A stretch of DNA of 64,000 nucleotides from Centroscyllium fabricii (lineage: Eukaryota), in assembly GCA_051313645.2 (NCBI GenBank), contig JBNRSN020000002.1:399590001-399654000 (forward strand), read 5' to 3'. Positions 47,053-61,085 of the stretch are shown here, one piece after another; within the stretch, counting starts at the first letter, position 1; each line of letters begins with the position of its first letter. Position numbers and translations under genes: made by a program. The notes below the pieces were generated by a model. It was given only the letters and a program-made list of their open reading frames with translations, made no database searches and was not told the origin of the DNA.

Positions 47053-50000
47053 ATGTCCACAACCAACAGAAACCAGCCTTCCCGTCAGCAAGGACGTGGC
47101 CAGAACCCTGGGCACCGACTAACTTTACCGGAGTTCTGGGAGCAACGCCCGGCAGCGTGGTTCATGTGCATCGAGACCAGCTGCCGCACCCATGGCATCC
47201 AGGGGGACGACCGCTATGACCTAGTCTTCACGGCTCTACCGCAGTCGACGATCGACCGGATGTGGTCAAAGCTACAGAGCGCGCCCGCAACAGGCAGGTA
47301 CGACTTTATTAAGGCCGCGCTACTCAAAAAATTCACCCCGACCCAGTTCGAGTGCGACTGCCAACTCCTCAACCTCCCCGAACTCGGTGACGCAGATCCA
47401 TCTGACCTTTGGGGCCAGATGCAGGCGCTGACCACCGACCCTGCCTCCCTGTTTCGCAACATTTTCCTCCTTAAGCTGCCCCCCTCCATCAGACCGGCCC
47501 TGGCGGCTCTCAGCAACCGGAGCAGGGACGAGCTAGCCGAGGAAGCCGACAGGCTCATGGCAGCCGAGCGCACCCGCTCCGCCACGTGCGACCTGACTGC
47601 CGTGGCGGTCGAGCCCGCCCACACGCACCCCAGGTCCACCCCGATGCCTGAACCCAGGCCCCCGCGCCCTCCCAAACAACCGCGTGCCGTGAGCACCGGT
47701 TGGTGTTACTACCACGCGCGGTTCGGCGCCAAAGTGCACCGCTGCGTCCTGCCCTGCACGTTCAAGCCACAGTCCAGCCCAGCCCCCACCATGTCCGTAG
47801 GCCACACCGGAGCCCTGCTCTACGTTATTGACAGAGGCACGGGTCTCCGGTTTCTCTGCGACACGGGCGCACAACACAGCATCGTGCCAGCCTCCCCCGC
47901 AGAAGCCAAACAAGGTACCCGGGGCCCGCCCCTCGCGGCGGCTAACGGCTCCGACATAAAAACATACGGGACCCGCAAGCTAACCATCCAGCTTGCCGGC
48001 CATACGTATGAGTGGGAGTTCGTCACAGCCAAGGTCACTTCACCCCTCCTTGGGGCAGATTTCCTGTGCGCACACGGCCTCCAGGTCGACATGACCCGGC
48101 GCCGTCTGGTTGACATCAAAAACATGTCGCCCATCCCATGCTCCGTGGGGCCGGCACTACTAGCCCATGCGGCGGCAAGATGCCGTGCCCGGAACTCCGA
48201 CGCGTACAGTGCGCTCCTTTCAGAGTTCCCTACACTGACCAACCCCACCTTCACCGCCCGAACGGCCAAACACGGGGTGGAACATTTTATTCCCACCACC
48301 GGCCCTCCCGTACACGCCCACGCCCGCAGGCTGGACCCGGCCAAGCTGGAGATTGCGCGCGCTGAGTTTGACACAATGGAGCAACTCGGCATAATCCGCC
48401 GCTCCAGCAGCCCCTGGGCCTCTCCCCTCCACATTGCCCCCAAGCCGGGCGGAGGTTGGCGCCCCTGCGGCGACTACCGCCGCCTCAATAACGCCACCAC
48501 CACAGATAGGTACCCCGTACCCCACATCCAGGATTTCTCTGCCAGGCTAGCGGGCTGCACGGTCTTTTCCAAGATCGACCTGGTACGTGGCTACCACCAG
48601 GTCCCGGTGCACCCGGCGGATGTCCCTAAGACAGCTGTGATAACCCCCTTTGGCCTGAGAATGCCCTTTGGGCTCAAAAACGCGGCCCAGGCCTTCCAGC
48701 GCCTAATGGACTCAGTCCTACGGGACTTGCAGTTCATCTTCGTCTACCTAGACGACATCCTCGTGGCCAGCACCTCCCCCCAGGAGCACCTCCTGCATCT
48801 CAGGACCCTGTTCCAGCGCCTGGCAGAACACGGCCTTATATTAAGCCCCTCAAAATGTAAATTCGGCCTGGACATTATAGACTTCCTGGGCCACTGCATT
48901 TCCAGAACCGGGGCCATACCCCTGCCCTCCAAAGTGCAGGCGGTCCAGGAGTTCCCCCGCCCGCACACCGTCAAGGGCCTGCAGGAGTTCCTCGGGATGG
49001 TTAATTTTTATAACCGCTTCATCCCAGGAGCAGCCGCCCTCATGGCTCCCCTATACCAGGCCACACGCGGGCAGTCCGGCAAAGCCGCTGTCGAGTGGAC
49101 GGCCGACGCCGCCACCGCGTTCACCAAAACTAAGACTGCCCTAGCTAACGCCACCCTCCTAGCCCACCCCAGGCTCAACGCCAGAGTGGCCCTCACCACT
49201 GACGCCTCCGACCATACCGTCGGGGCCGTTTTTGAACAGTGGGTGGACAACTCTTGGCAACCGCTGGCCTTTTTCAGCCGGCACCTACGGCCCCCGGAGG
49301 TTAAGTACAGTGCCTTCGACAGGGAGCTCCTTGCTCTCTACCTCGCTGTGCGCCATTTTCGCTTCCTCCTTGAGGGCCGTCATTTCACAGCCTTCGTGGA
49401 TCATAAGCCGCTGACTTTTGCGATGGCTAAGATCACCGAACCCTGGTCGGCCAGGCAGCAGCGCCAGCTCGCAGCGGTGTCGGAATTTATGACCGACATA
49501 CAGCATATCTCCGGCCGCGACAACGTGGTAGCCGACTGCCTGTCACGCCCCACCATTAACGCCGCCCAAATGGCGGTGGATTACGCCAAAGTGGCAGCAG
49601 ACCAGCTGGCGGACCCTGATCTTCGCGCCCCGGCAGAAAAGCTCCCCGGCTTACGTTTGGCCAGCATCCCCCACGGCCCTGCGGCCAACGTAGTGTGCTG
49701 CGACGTCTCACTGCAGCAGCCCAGGCCCGTCGTCCACCAGGCATGGAGGCGGCGCATCTTTGAGACCCTCCACGGCCTGTCCCACCCCGGCACCCGCGCC
49801 TCCATCAAGCTCATTTCGGCCCGTTTTGTGTGGCGCGGCCTTCGTAGGGACGTCCGCGCCTGGACCAACGCCTGCATCGCCTGCCAGCGGGCCAAAGTGC
49901 ATAAACACGTCAAGGCCCCTCTAGAAAACTTTACCGTACCAGCCAGGCGCTTCGACCATGTCCACGTCAATCTCGTCGGACCACTGCCGCCGTCCCGGGG

Positions 50001-50857
50001 CCACACCCATTTGATGACCATGGTGGATCGCAACACTCGCTGGCCAGAAGCAGTCCCCCTGGCCGCAACCAATACTACGGACTTAGCCAGGGCGTTCATT
50101 GCAACTTGGGTCGCCCGTTTCGGCGTGCCCACCGACATCATGTCAGACAGAGGTCCCCAGTTCACGTCCGCACTATGGGCTGCCATCGCCCGCAACCTCG
50201 GGGTGACCCTGTACAGAACCACCGCGTACCACCCGCAGGCGAACAGGCTGTGCGAAAGGTTCCACCATTCAATGAAAGCCTCCCTGCGGGCCAGCCTGGA
50301 AGACGCATCCTGGACAGACCGCCTACCGTGGGTATTGCTCGGCAAAAGAGGACTTGCACGCCTCAGCAGCGGAACTCGTCTACGGCCAGACATTGAGAGT
50401 GCCGGGCGAGTTTCTCCCCGAATCGAACGCCACCTGGTCGGCCGACCAGTTCCTCAAAGACTTTGCCAACCCGGCATGAGCTTTCGCCCCCTTACCGGTG
50501 ACCCGGCACGGGGAGCCGGTGGCACATGTGCCCGACGCCATCCAGCAAGCCAAGTTCATTTTCGTCTGCCACGACGCTCATCGCACACCTCTACGGCCAC
50601 CCTACGACGGCCCTTATAGAGTGCTTCGGGCGGGACCTAAAACTTTCGATTTACAGCTGGGCAACCGAACTGAAACTGTATCAATCGACCGGCTGAAACC
50701 GGCTCACATGATAGCGGGCGACATGGCGGTCCCCGCCCACCCACCTCAACGGGGACGCCCTCCCGCACCACCACCCGCCCACACTCCACCGCAGCACCAG
50801 GAGCAACGCAAGACCCGTGCCGGCCGCACCATACGGCCACCACGACGCCTCTTGTAG
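47053..50857 (+). pseudogene. Single-ORF gag-pol with lesions
   Basis: 1188-aa ORF: CYYH..C..C knuckle, CDTGA, YLDD, DAS, HPG..CIAC, DRG; frameshift near 50345; the GPY tail is in ORF 50498..50857. Confidence 0.92.
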
Positions 50858-50891
50858 ACATTTTCCCTCGGACGGATTCTGGGGGGAGCTG

Positions 50892-51130
50892 TGTGGCGGA
50901 CCGCCGGCTGGCGAATCCGCCTCGGGAATACTGCGGAGCATAGCCCCGCCCACCGGGTGACGCGATGACGTCACCACGTCTCAGCGTGATGACGTCAGAG
51001 GCGAGCGGGGGGTTTAAAAGAGCCTGCTCCTCGTGGCTCAGTCTCTTTCTGTTGTAGCTCTGTGAAATAAAGAAGTGTTGACTGTCTCTCTTCGGCTCCT
51101 GCTTGATCCTTGGGTCCTGTAAGCACTACA
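50892..51130 (+). repeat. 3' LTR
   Basis: Direct repeat of 46704-46942. Confidence 0.97.
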
Positions 51131-51304
51131 GTATTAAGATGAGGTTCCTGTGATGTTGTTAGGACTTAAATACCATTTTTATGTCAATCAGTGCTGTAAC
51201 CATTGCTCCCTCAATCCGCCCACAAACCATGAGCTGGATAGGTCAGAGGCAGCTATTTGCAGTGCTACTTAAAGGGACTATGACCCGCTGTTGGGTACAG
51301 CTGG

Positions 51305-52925
51305 AAGCATAGGAACATTAGGAACAGGAGTAGGCTATTCAGCCCCTCAAGCCTGCTCTGCCATTCAAGTCGATCATGGTTGATCTGCACCACAACTCCA
51401 TTTTCTTGCCTTTGCTCCATATCCTTTGATATACTTACCGAACACAAATCTGTATCTATCTCAATGCTAAAAGCTCCGATTGACCCAGTATCTGCGGCCT
51501 TTTAGGTGAGTGAGTTCCAGATTTCTACTGCCCTGGGTGTGAAGTAGTGCTTCCTGATTTTACTCCTAAATGGCCTAGCTCTAATTTTGAGATTATTTCC
51601 CCTTACTCTTGATCCCCCCGCACCAGAGAAAATAATTTATCTGTAGCTACCCTATCAAATACTTGTAACAATTTAAACAGCTCGATCTTCTATTCTTCAG
51701 GGAATGCAAGCTGACCTCATAAATTAGCCCTCTAAGCCTCAGTGTCGTTCTGGTAAATTTGCACTGTACCGCCTCAAGGCCAATATATCCTTTCTGAGGT
51801 GCGTTGCCCAAAACTGAATACAATATTCCACATCGGGTCTGACTAAGATGCTATACAACTGAAGCATAACTTCCTGCCCTTTGTATTCCAGCACCTTTGT
51901 AATAAAGGCCAAAATTCTATCAGCGAGTGTCTCACCTCCTGACTCCCCAAAGCCTTTCCACCATCTACAAGGCACAAGTCAGGATTGTGATGGAATACTC
52001 TTCACTTGCCTGGATGAGTGCAGCACCAACAACACTCAAGAAGCTCGACACCATCCAAGACAAAGCAGCCTGCTTGATTGGCAATATATCCACCACCTTA
52101 AACATTCACTCCCTCCACCACCCACGCACCGTGGCTGCAGTGTGTACCATTTACAAGATGCACTGCAGCAACTCGCCAAGGCTTCTGAGGCAGCACCTCC
52201 CAAACCCGCGATCTCTACACCTAGAAGGACAAGGGCAGCAGGTGCATGGGAACAGCATCACCTCCAAGTTTCCCTCCAAGTTACACACCATCCTGACTTG
52301 GAAATATATCACCGTTCCTTCATCGTCACTGAATCAAAATCCTGAAGCTCTACCTAGCTGCACCGTGTGAGTACCTGCACCACACGGACTGCAGTGGTTC
52401 AAGAAAGCGGCTCACCACCACCTTCCCAAGGGCAATTAGGGATGGGCAATAAATGCTGGCCTTGCCAGCGATGCCCACATCCCATGAACGAATACAAAAA
52501 AAAAGCCTTTTTGATTTATTTTTGTGCCTGTCTACTAGCTTTTAATGATTTGTGTACTTGGACTCCCAAAGCTCTTTGCTCCTTAACAGTTCCTAATTCC
52601 TCACCATTTACAAAATACTCCAATTTATCTTTCTTGGGTCCAAAATTGATGATCTCACACTTGACCACACAGAACTCCATTTGCCATAATTTTGCCCACT
52701 TACCTAATCTGACTCTGTCCCTTTGCAACATCCAGCTCCCATCTTCACTACTTACTGTTCCTTCTGACTTAGTATTATCTGCAAACTTAGATATATAACT
52801 CTCTCTTCCTTCATCCAAATCAATAATAAATATGGTGAAAAGTTGAGGCCCCAGTACAGATCCCTGAGGAACACCACTTTTCATGTCCCACCAATGAGAG
52901 TATTTTCTCTTTATCCCCACTCTCC
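51305..52925 (-). mobile_element. CR1 3' region, split by another LINE
   Basis: GVPQGSVLGP, KFADN and VEYCIQFW remnants; tail at about 51305-51420. Confidence 0.85.
51927..52505 (+). mobile_element. LINE 3' end, same family as 40650-44586
   Basis: IYKAQVR.VMEYS..AW; tail ends in an A-run. Confidence 0.9.
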
Positions 52926-53342
52926 AACTTTAGCTCATAAAGTCACAGCTCTGGGCAAAAATATCTCCAAGTTCAGGCTTTTGGGAGAGGCAGATGGCTA
53001 TAAGTAAAAGGCATTACAAGACACAAACAGCAACAATGAATACATTTAATTATGCCATTGTAAAATATGTAATGTTTGAATGTGTTATTTTGGACAGTAG
53101 AAATTTCAGTTAAAAATGGTGGCGAAATAAATTCAGGAAGCAATTTGAAGGTTTTGTTGGAACCTGGCGATCAAATAGCACAATCACAGGGTGATATACT
53201 CTCGCTATATCTGCTATTATGTGTCACATTGTGTGATAATTTTAACATTGAAAATACTGATTACAGCATCACTTACAGGAGTAACGGATAGGTTTCATCG
53301 TCTGGTGATCTTATAATGAGTTTTCAATGAAACGTTTAATAT

Positions 53343-53812
53343 GGGGAGGTGGTGGCATAGTGGTTATCTCACGCGACTAGTAAGCCAGAGGCTCAGCCAA
53401 ATGCTCTGAGGATATGGGTTCAAATCCCACCATGGCAGCTGGTGGAATTTAAATTCAATTCAATTTAATTCTGGAATTAAATGTTAGTCTTAGTAATGGT
53501 GACCATGATACCATTGTTGATTGTTGCAAAACCCCATCTGGTTCACTAATGTCCTTTAGGGAAGGAAATCTGCCGTCCTTACCTGGTCTGGCCTACATGT
53601 GACTCCAGACCCACAGCAATGTGGTTGACTCTTAATGCCCTCTGAAATGGCCTAGCAAGCCACTCAGTTGTAAACAAGCACTACAAAAAATGATAAGACT
53701 GCAGCGGTTCAAGAAGGCGGCTCACCACCATCTCAAGGGCAATTAGGGATGGGCACTAAATGCAGGCCTAGCCAGCCAGCGACGCCCACATCCCATCAAT
53801 GAATAAAAAAAA
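53343..53812 (+). mobile_element. tRNA-derived SINE, full length
   Basis: A box TGGCATAGTGG, B box GGTTCAAATCC, LINE-shared tail, A-rich end. Confidence 0.88.
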
Positions 53813-54596
53813 TAATAATAATAGGGCTGAGCTTGTTTTTTATCCTTCCTGTTCTCAAATAGGGACCATAAAGTGTGCTTTTCCAAGAAATCCCCATGTC
53901 AATCCAGGGGTCCAATGCATGAGCCATTTTAGGTTTCTAGGAAACACAGTCACCGCCACCCATTAGGGTTCTCGAAGCATGGATGCATTCTTTCCCTAGA
54001 ATGCTGGGAAATCTCTGTACCAACATATGCCAGAAAACTTCCAGAGAGTGCAGAAACAGATATATATATATATATGCACAATACTGGATGCCCATGGAAT
54101 TGGGCGCAGAGCACTGGTAGACCACCTGAGAATTACTGGCAGGTGTTACTCATCTACTACCTGGCCAATAATGAAAACCTAATGGAGGTATGTGGGAGAT
54201 TGTGGTGAAACCAATCATTGAACAGTGACTCTCAGTAATCGTTCAGTGATATGCAAGATCTATATGCATCTTTTAGACTGGTGAAAGATTACTCTTTATG
54301 CGCCTCCCAGTGTTGTGCTCATTTCCCATGTTCCATTTTAATTTTGGATCTACAATTTTTTTTCCCCCAGACAAATACTTCAAACAATTTTACCAAGTTG
54401 ATGAAATGTTCATGCCTGAGTGAGCTGCGCAAATCTGGTAGGTAGCAGAGGAGTAGTGACAGCTCGATGCTGCACAGGGAAAATAGTTTTTCTTTTAATA
54501 CTTCTGAATTATCGATCATTGCTCCAGAGAACAGATTGAAAATGTCTTGCATAACCAAAATACCTAATAACTGGAAGTGCACAGAGCAGTCAACAT

Positions 54597-55307
54597 CTGA
54601 TGTACTTGCTCTGGAGGCAGTGCAGAGAAGGTTTACATGGTTAATTCCAGGGATGAGGGGGTTGACATATGAGGAAAGGTTAAGTAGGTTGGGACTTTAC
54701 TCATTAGAGTTCAGAAGAATGAGAGGCGATCTTATTGAAACGTATAAGATCGTGAGGGGCCTTGATCGGGTGGATGCGCTAAAGATGTTTCCAATGATCG
54801 GGGAGACCAGAACTAGGGGGCACAGTCTTAGAATAAGGGGGGGCTCTTTTAAAACTGAGATGAGGAGAAACTTCTTCACTCAGAAGGTGGTTAATCTATG
54901 GAATTCGCTGCCTCAGGGAGCTGTGGAAGCGGGAACGTTAAATAAATTTAAAACGGAAATAGACTGTTTTTTAGCAGACAAAGGAATTAGGGGTTACGGG
55001 GAGCGGGCAGGGAAGTGGACCTGAGCTATTGTTAGTATAGTAAGACCTGAGTGATCTCCTGGACAAGTTTTGATCGCCTAGATTGGGGTCGGAGAGGAGT
55101 TTCCCGGATTTTTTCCCCAAATTGGCCTGGGTTTTTATCCGGTTTTTCGCCTCTCCCAGGAGATCACATGGTTTTTTGGGTGGGATGAAGGGTGATAGTG
55201 GGAAGAAGGTTAGGGTAGGATCAGCCATGATCTTATTGAATGGCGGAGCGGGCTCGAGGGGCCGTATGGCCTACTCCTGCTCCTATTTCTTATGTTCTTA
55301 TGTTCTT
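54597..55307 (+). mobile_element. CR1 3' end with a long UTR
   Basis: DVLALEAVQRRFT..LEFRRMRGDLIE..FFTQKVV; (TTCTTATG)n end. Confidence 0.92.
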
Positions 55308-56428
55308 AAAGACAGATTAACCAGTTCTGGCGAAAGGTCCCATCCAAAACATTAACCTGTAATTTTGGATGCTGGTGGTCCTACTGTGCACCTCTACCAT
55401 TTTCAGTTTTTATTTACGATTTCCAACATGTACAGTTTGTATCATGACAACAACAACACCAACTTGCATTTACATAGTGCCTTTAACATAGTAAAACGTC
55501 CCAAGGCACTTTATGGAGTGTTATAAAACAAAATTTGGCAGCGAGCCACGTAAGGAGAAATTAGGGCAGGTGACCAAAAGCTTGGTCAAAGAGGTAGGTT
55601 TTAAGGAGGAAAGAGAGGTAGCGAGGCAGAGAGGTTTAGGCAGGGAATTCCAGAGCTTGGGGCCTAGACAGCTGAAGGCACAGCCACCGATGGTTGAGCG
55701 ATTAAAATCAGGGATGCTCAAGAGGGCAGAATTTGAGGAGCGCAGATATCTCGGGTTGTTGGGGGCTGAAGGAAATTACAGAGATAGAGAAGGGCAAGGT
55801 CATGAAGGGATTTGTAAACAAGGATGAGAATTTTCAAATCGAAGCGTTGCTTAACCAGGAGCCAATGTAGGTCTGCAAGCACAGGGGTGATGGGTGAACG
55901 GGACTTGGTTCGAGTTAGGACACGGGCAGCCGAGCTTTGGATGACCTCAAGTTTACGTAGGGTAGAATGTGGGAGGACTACTAGAGGTGCGTTGGAATAG
56001 TTGAGTCTAAAGATAACAAAGGCATGGATGAGGGTTTCAGCGGCGGATGAGCTGAGGCAGGGGCGGAGACGGGCAATGTTATGCAGGTGGAACTAGGTGG
56101 TCTCGGTTATGCTGCGGATATGTGGTCGGCTGCTCATTTCAAGGTCAAATATTACACCAAGGTTGCGAACAGTCTGATTCAGCCTCAGATAGGTGCTAGG
56201 GTGAGGGATGGATTTGGTGGCTACAGAATGGAGTTTGTGGCTGGGACCAAAGACTATGGGCGCGAAATTTGTGCTCTAGCGCCGGCCCGTTAGCGCCCAT
56301 GGGCGCTAATGAGCCAGCGCCGAATTAGCACCAAAAATAGCGCCCCATGCTAAATTCAGCTGGGCGCTAATCCGGGGGCTAGCTGTTAGCGCCCCAATGA
56401 ATTTAGCACCCAGCTGGACGTCCTGAAT

Positions 56429-59400
56429 TGTAGTAACCTGTAAGGTTAGGAGTAACAGTGTCCAGCAGGTGGTGCTATGGTAATGGACTCCCGAGTTCAC
56501 GATAGTGTTCAGTCTTGGTTTTATAAGGTTGGGTCTTTTTGGCAAGAAACCATTTTAGGTTTAAGCTGAGTTAGGCTTGCAGTTCAGAGCCAGGTTGTAA
56601 AGACTGATTAAACTTGTTAACCAGTTAACCTAACCTGTGTCTGTGACCCCTCAAGATACTACATATGGCGATGAGAATAAAGGGTCAGTTAAAATAGTGG
56701 TGGAGTATTCGGAAGAAGTGCTCGAGTCAGTTAGCAAGCCAGTCGGAAAAGCATTAGACTAGGCTGGAGTGACTGGACTTCAAGGATGGCAGGAACGGTA
56801 GGCTCCCTGGCACCTTTTGACAGCAAGTCGCAGTTTTGGGAGGAGTATTGTGAAATACTGAGCCATTTTTTCATGGCAAACCGTGTGGACAGTGTTGAAA
56901 AGAAAAGGGCCATTTTGCTGAGTTGTGTGGGAGCGCAAACCTATACACTGATGAGAAATCTGCTGAGCCCGGAGCGACCGGGGGATAAATCTCTGGACGA
57001 GTTGCTGAGTCTACTGAAGAAACATTTCAATCCGAAACCGAGTGAAATAGTACAGAGATGGAAATTCAATTCGAGGACGAGGAGGCCGGAAGAAAGCATT
57101 ATAGAGCTTCGGAAGCTCGCACAGGACTGTAATTTTGGAAATATGCTCAAAGTCATGTTAAGGGACAGACTGGTATGCGGAATTAATGACGACGGTATAC
57201 AGCGAAAGTTGTTGTCAGAATTAACATTTGAGATGGCGCTGAAAAGAGCACAAGCCATGGAGACGGCTAATAAGGACCTTAAGGATTTAAGCTGTATGAG
57301 CAAGGAGATATGGAGTAAACCAGTGGGAGGAACTGTGTACAAGATGGAAACGGGCGCGAAAAGTCAACCTGTTGGGGGTGGGGAATGCTACCGATGTGGC
57401 GGGACGAGCCATTATGCCAAGGACTGCAGGTTTGCAATGGAAAAGTGCTACAATTGTGGAAAAATAGGGCACTTGAAGAAAGTCTGCAAAAGGGCAGTGA
57501 GTGAGAGAAGCAGTGCTAAAGGGACAAAGCATGCTAAAGGGGGGAGGGAGAAGCACACAAAGCGGGCAAACCACATACAAGAGGAAGAAGAGTCTAGTAA
57601 GGAGGTTTTCACTATCTCCAGTATAGACACTTCAAGGCCCAATGTACCCCCTCTCACTCAGTATTTGATAGTGAACGGAGGTCAAGTAAAGTTTGCGATT
57701 GATACCAGATGTAGTGTAACCATAATGTCCCAGAATGAATACGCCAAGCTATGGGGGAAAGCAAAAGTACCCGAGCTAGGTACATGGCCCATTAGTCTAA
57801 AAACCTACACAGGACAGAAGGTGGACATTTTGGGGGCGGCCGAAGTACAAGTGAAACACAAAGGAGCAACCAAAGAGCTCACGGTGGTAGTAGTAGCAGG
57901 GTCAGCGCCAAACCTGTTAGGGCGAGTGTGGGTCAGGGAGTTGAGGGTGGACTGGCAAGCAATGAATAAAATGGAGGACAGTACAGAGGCACTGCAAGAA
58001 GTGCTGATGAAGCAGGAGCTAGTGTTCGAGGACGAACTGGGCACCTTAAGGGGAGCCACAGCCAAGATTCATATAGCCAGTGATGCCACGCCTCGGTTCT
58101 TTAAACCAAGGTCGGTACCTTTCGCCATGAAACCCAAGGTGGAGGCGGAACTAGATCGCCTGCTAAACTAGATCGCCTGCTAAAGGGCAATGTAATAGAA
58201 CCAGTGAAATTTTCAGACTGGGCGGCACCGATAGACGGTAACATCAGGGTGTGTGGTGACTATAAGTTAACAGTAAACAGAGTATCATCACGGGAACAGT
58301 ACCCCATTCCTAGAATGGAGGACATGTTCACATCGCTAGCTGGGGGAGAAAGATTCAGCAAACTGGACACGAGTCATGCATCTCAGCAGATAGTGCTAGA
58401 TGAAGAAGCCAAAAAGTTTGTCACGGTGAACACGCACAAGGGGCTGTTCCCGTATACCCGGTTACCATTTGGTGTCAGTTCTAGACCCCCAATATTCCAA
58501 CGGACTATGGAGGGCATTCTGCAGGGCATTCCAAAAGTGGCCGTGTACTTCTTAGATGATATTCTGCTAACAGGAAGTGACGATCAGGATCATGTAAAAA
58601 CACTGGACAAAGTGCTACAGCGGCTGGAAGAGGCGGGGCTACGCCTGAAACGGAGTAAGTGTAATTTCATGGAGAAGGAAGTTACATTCCTGGGACACCG
58701 GGTGGACGCCACAGGCCTTCATCCAGTACCAGGGAAAGTGCGGGCAGTGTGGGATGCACCGGCACCCACCTCAGTGACGGAACTGAAAGCCTATTAGGAC
58801 TCCTGAACTATTATAACCGGTTTCTTCCCAACTTATCGATGCTACTGGCACCCCTGCACAAACTGCTGAGGAAGGAGGAGCCATGGGGTTGGGGGCCAGA
58901 GCAAGCAAAAGCGTTTCAGCAGTCAAAGGAGCTACTTCAGTCCAGCAGGGTGTTAGTGCATTACGACGAGAAGAAGGAACTCATAATGTACTGCGACGCA
59001 TCACCCTATGGAATGGGGGCAGTGTTGGCCCATGGCATGCCAGATGGAGCGGAAAGGCCCATCGGGTTTGTGTCACGCACTCTCACTGCTGCTGAAAAGA
59101 ACTATTCACAGCTGGAGAAAGAGGGGTTAGTCATTATATTTGGGGTGAAGAAATTCCATAAGTACATTTATGGGAGGAAGTTTGTAATCCGTACTGACTA
59201 CAAGCCACTTATTAGCTTACTGAATGAGATGAAAGCGGTGCCTCAAATGGCTTCACAGAGAATAATGAGATGGGCTGTACTACTAAGAGCCTACGGATAT
59301 GTGATCACGTACAGAGCCGGCAAGGAAAACGGGAACGCTGATGTTCTCAGCCGCCTGCCCTTCCCAGAATATCCTCGCAGTAATTCCCCGGAGGAGCACG

Positions 59401-61085
59401 TTCTGATGCTGAATCAGGATATCAGTCCCCTGATGACTTCAGAGCAAATCCGGGGCTGGACAGCCAAGGACCCTGTTCTGTCAAGGGTCCGTGAGTATGT
59501 GTTGAAAGGCTGGCCAGGTCACAGCGATGGACCGGAATTCACGCCTTGCAAACAGAGACAGAGACAGCACGAGCTCAGCGTCCAAGATGGATGTGTACTA
59601 TGGGGAGCACACATCATAGTTCCAGAGCAGGGACGCTCTGCTTTGATGGAACATTTGCATCAATCGCACCCAGGGATGACTAGAATGAAAGGACTGCCGA
59701 GGACTGCCTGTGGTGGCCTATGTTGGATGCTGAAATCGAGTCAAAAATAAAGTCATGCACTATATGTCAGGAACAGACGAAGGCACCTGCCGGCGCACCA
59801 CTCCATCCCTGGGAGTGGCCCAGCATACCTTGGAGGAAAATTCACATGGACTATGTGGGACCATTTATGGGAAAATTGTTTCTGATACTTGTAGACGCTC
59901 ACTCAAAGTGGATCGATGTTTATCCAGTGAGCTCTGCGATGACTGATGCCACACTGGATTGTCTCAGGAACAGCTTCAGCACGCACGGCATTCCAGAAAT
60001 GATGGTATCCGATAATGCACAGTGTTTTATGAGTGAAGCGAGCAAAGAATTCATGGCAAGGAATGGAATCACACATGTTACCTCGGCTCCATATCACCCA
60101 TCCTCAAATGGGTTGGCCGAGCGAGCCGTGCCGACTTTCAAGGAACTCATGAGGAAGAGCTCAGGTGACACCCTGGAGACCAAGCTCCATAGAGCCTAGT
60201 TTAGTTATCGTATAACACCCCAATCGACCACTGGGCTTTCGCCAGCGGAGATATTGATGGGAAGGAAGTTGCGCTGCACGTTAGAACTAATACACCCAGA
60301 TCTCAGAAGCAAGGCTGAGACAAAACAAACAAACCAAAAAGCGTATCATGACAAACATGCTAAAGCTCGCCATTTCGCCATAAAGGACTCGGTGTACACC
60401 AGGAACTTTGGCTATGGACCTAAATGGATACCAGGACTTATCCAGGACATTACAGGACCTGTGTCATACTCCGCATTACTAGGGGATGGTTGAGTGGTGC
60501 GTCAGCATGTGGATCAGCTTTTCAGCCGGCAGTAGAGGAGGCTGTTCCAGGGCCCAACACGGTCTGCAAGATGCCAGGGGACACTGGTACTGCCCGGCTA
60601 CAGTAGGACCAAGTACAAGCAACATCAGAGACTGCTCCAGTCTCAAGCGCGAGTGAATCGGAGAAGCCACCACAAGGGGAATTAAGATGTTCACAATGGT
60701 CTCGCAAGGCTACAGAAAGACTTATAGAAACCTGTTAAATTAGTTAAGTGTTAACCTGCTTAGCGCAGGCTGGTTCATTAAAATGTAGTACTTAGTACTG
60801 GCTATTGGTGAAGAATTACATATTGAAATCTTAAGGGGGGAGGAGTGTAGTAACCTGTAAGGTTAGGAGTAACAGTGTCCAGCAGGTGGTGCTGTGGCAA
60901 TGGACTCCCGAGTTCATGATAGTGTTCAGTCTTGGTTTTATAATATTGGGTCTTTTTGGCAAGAAGGCATTTTAGGTTTAAGCTGAGTTACGCTCGCAGT
61001 TCAGAGCCAGGTTGTAAAGACTGATTAAACCTGTTAACCAGTTAATCTGTGTCCGTTTCTCTCCATGACCCCTCTAGATACTACA
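56429..61085 (+). mobile_element. Full-length Gypsy (Mag-like) LTR retrotransposon, decayed
   Basis: LTRs 56429-56663 and 60846-61085, TSD TGAAT, PBS TGGCGATGAG (tRNA-Ser-like), PPT AAGGGGGAGGAG. Confidence 0.95.
56786..60720 (+). pseudogene. gag-pol, frameshifted
   Basis: Two CCHC knuckles (CYRCGGTSHYAKDC, CYNCGKIGHLKKVC), FLDD, DASPYG, HMDYVGP/SDN/GLAER. Confidence 0.92.

Larger units (their letters stand above)
46704..51130 (+). mobile_element. Full-length young Gypsy (CsRn1-like) LTR retrotransposon
   Basis: 239-bp LTRs with about 3 mismatches, TSD GTAT, PBS TGGTGACCCCG (tRNA-Trp), PPT GGGGGGAG. Confidence 0.97.

Noticed and set aside
47214-50393. Long antisense ORFs over the Gypsy pol (also 35137-35871 and 384-1494)
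   Set aside because: Expected shadows of GC-rich coding sequence, with no recognisable motifs.
54467-55024. 185-aa ORF with a unique N-terminus
   Set aside because: Chance open frame upstream of a 5'-truncated CR1.
55320-55430. Hammerhead-like remnant (also about 28380-28440)
   Set aside because: The core nucleotides and stem II are degenerate; these are old Penelope tail fragments.
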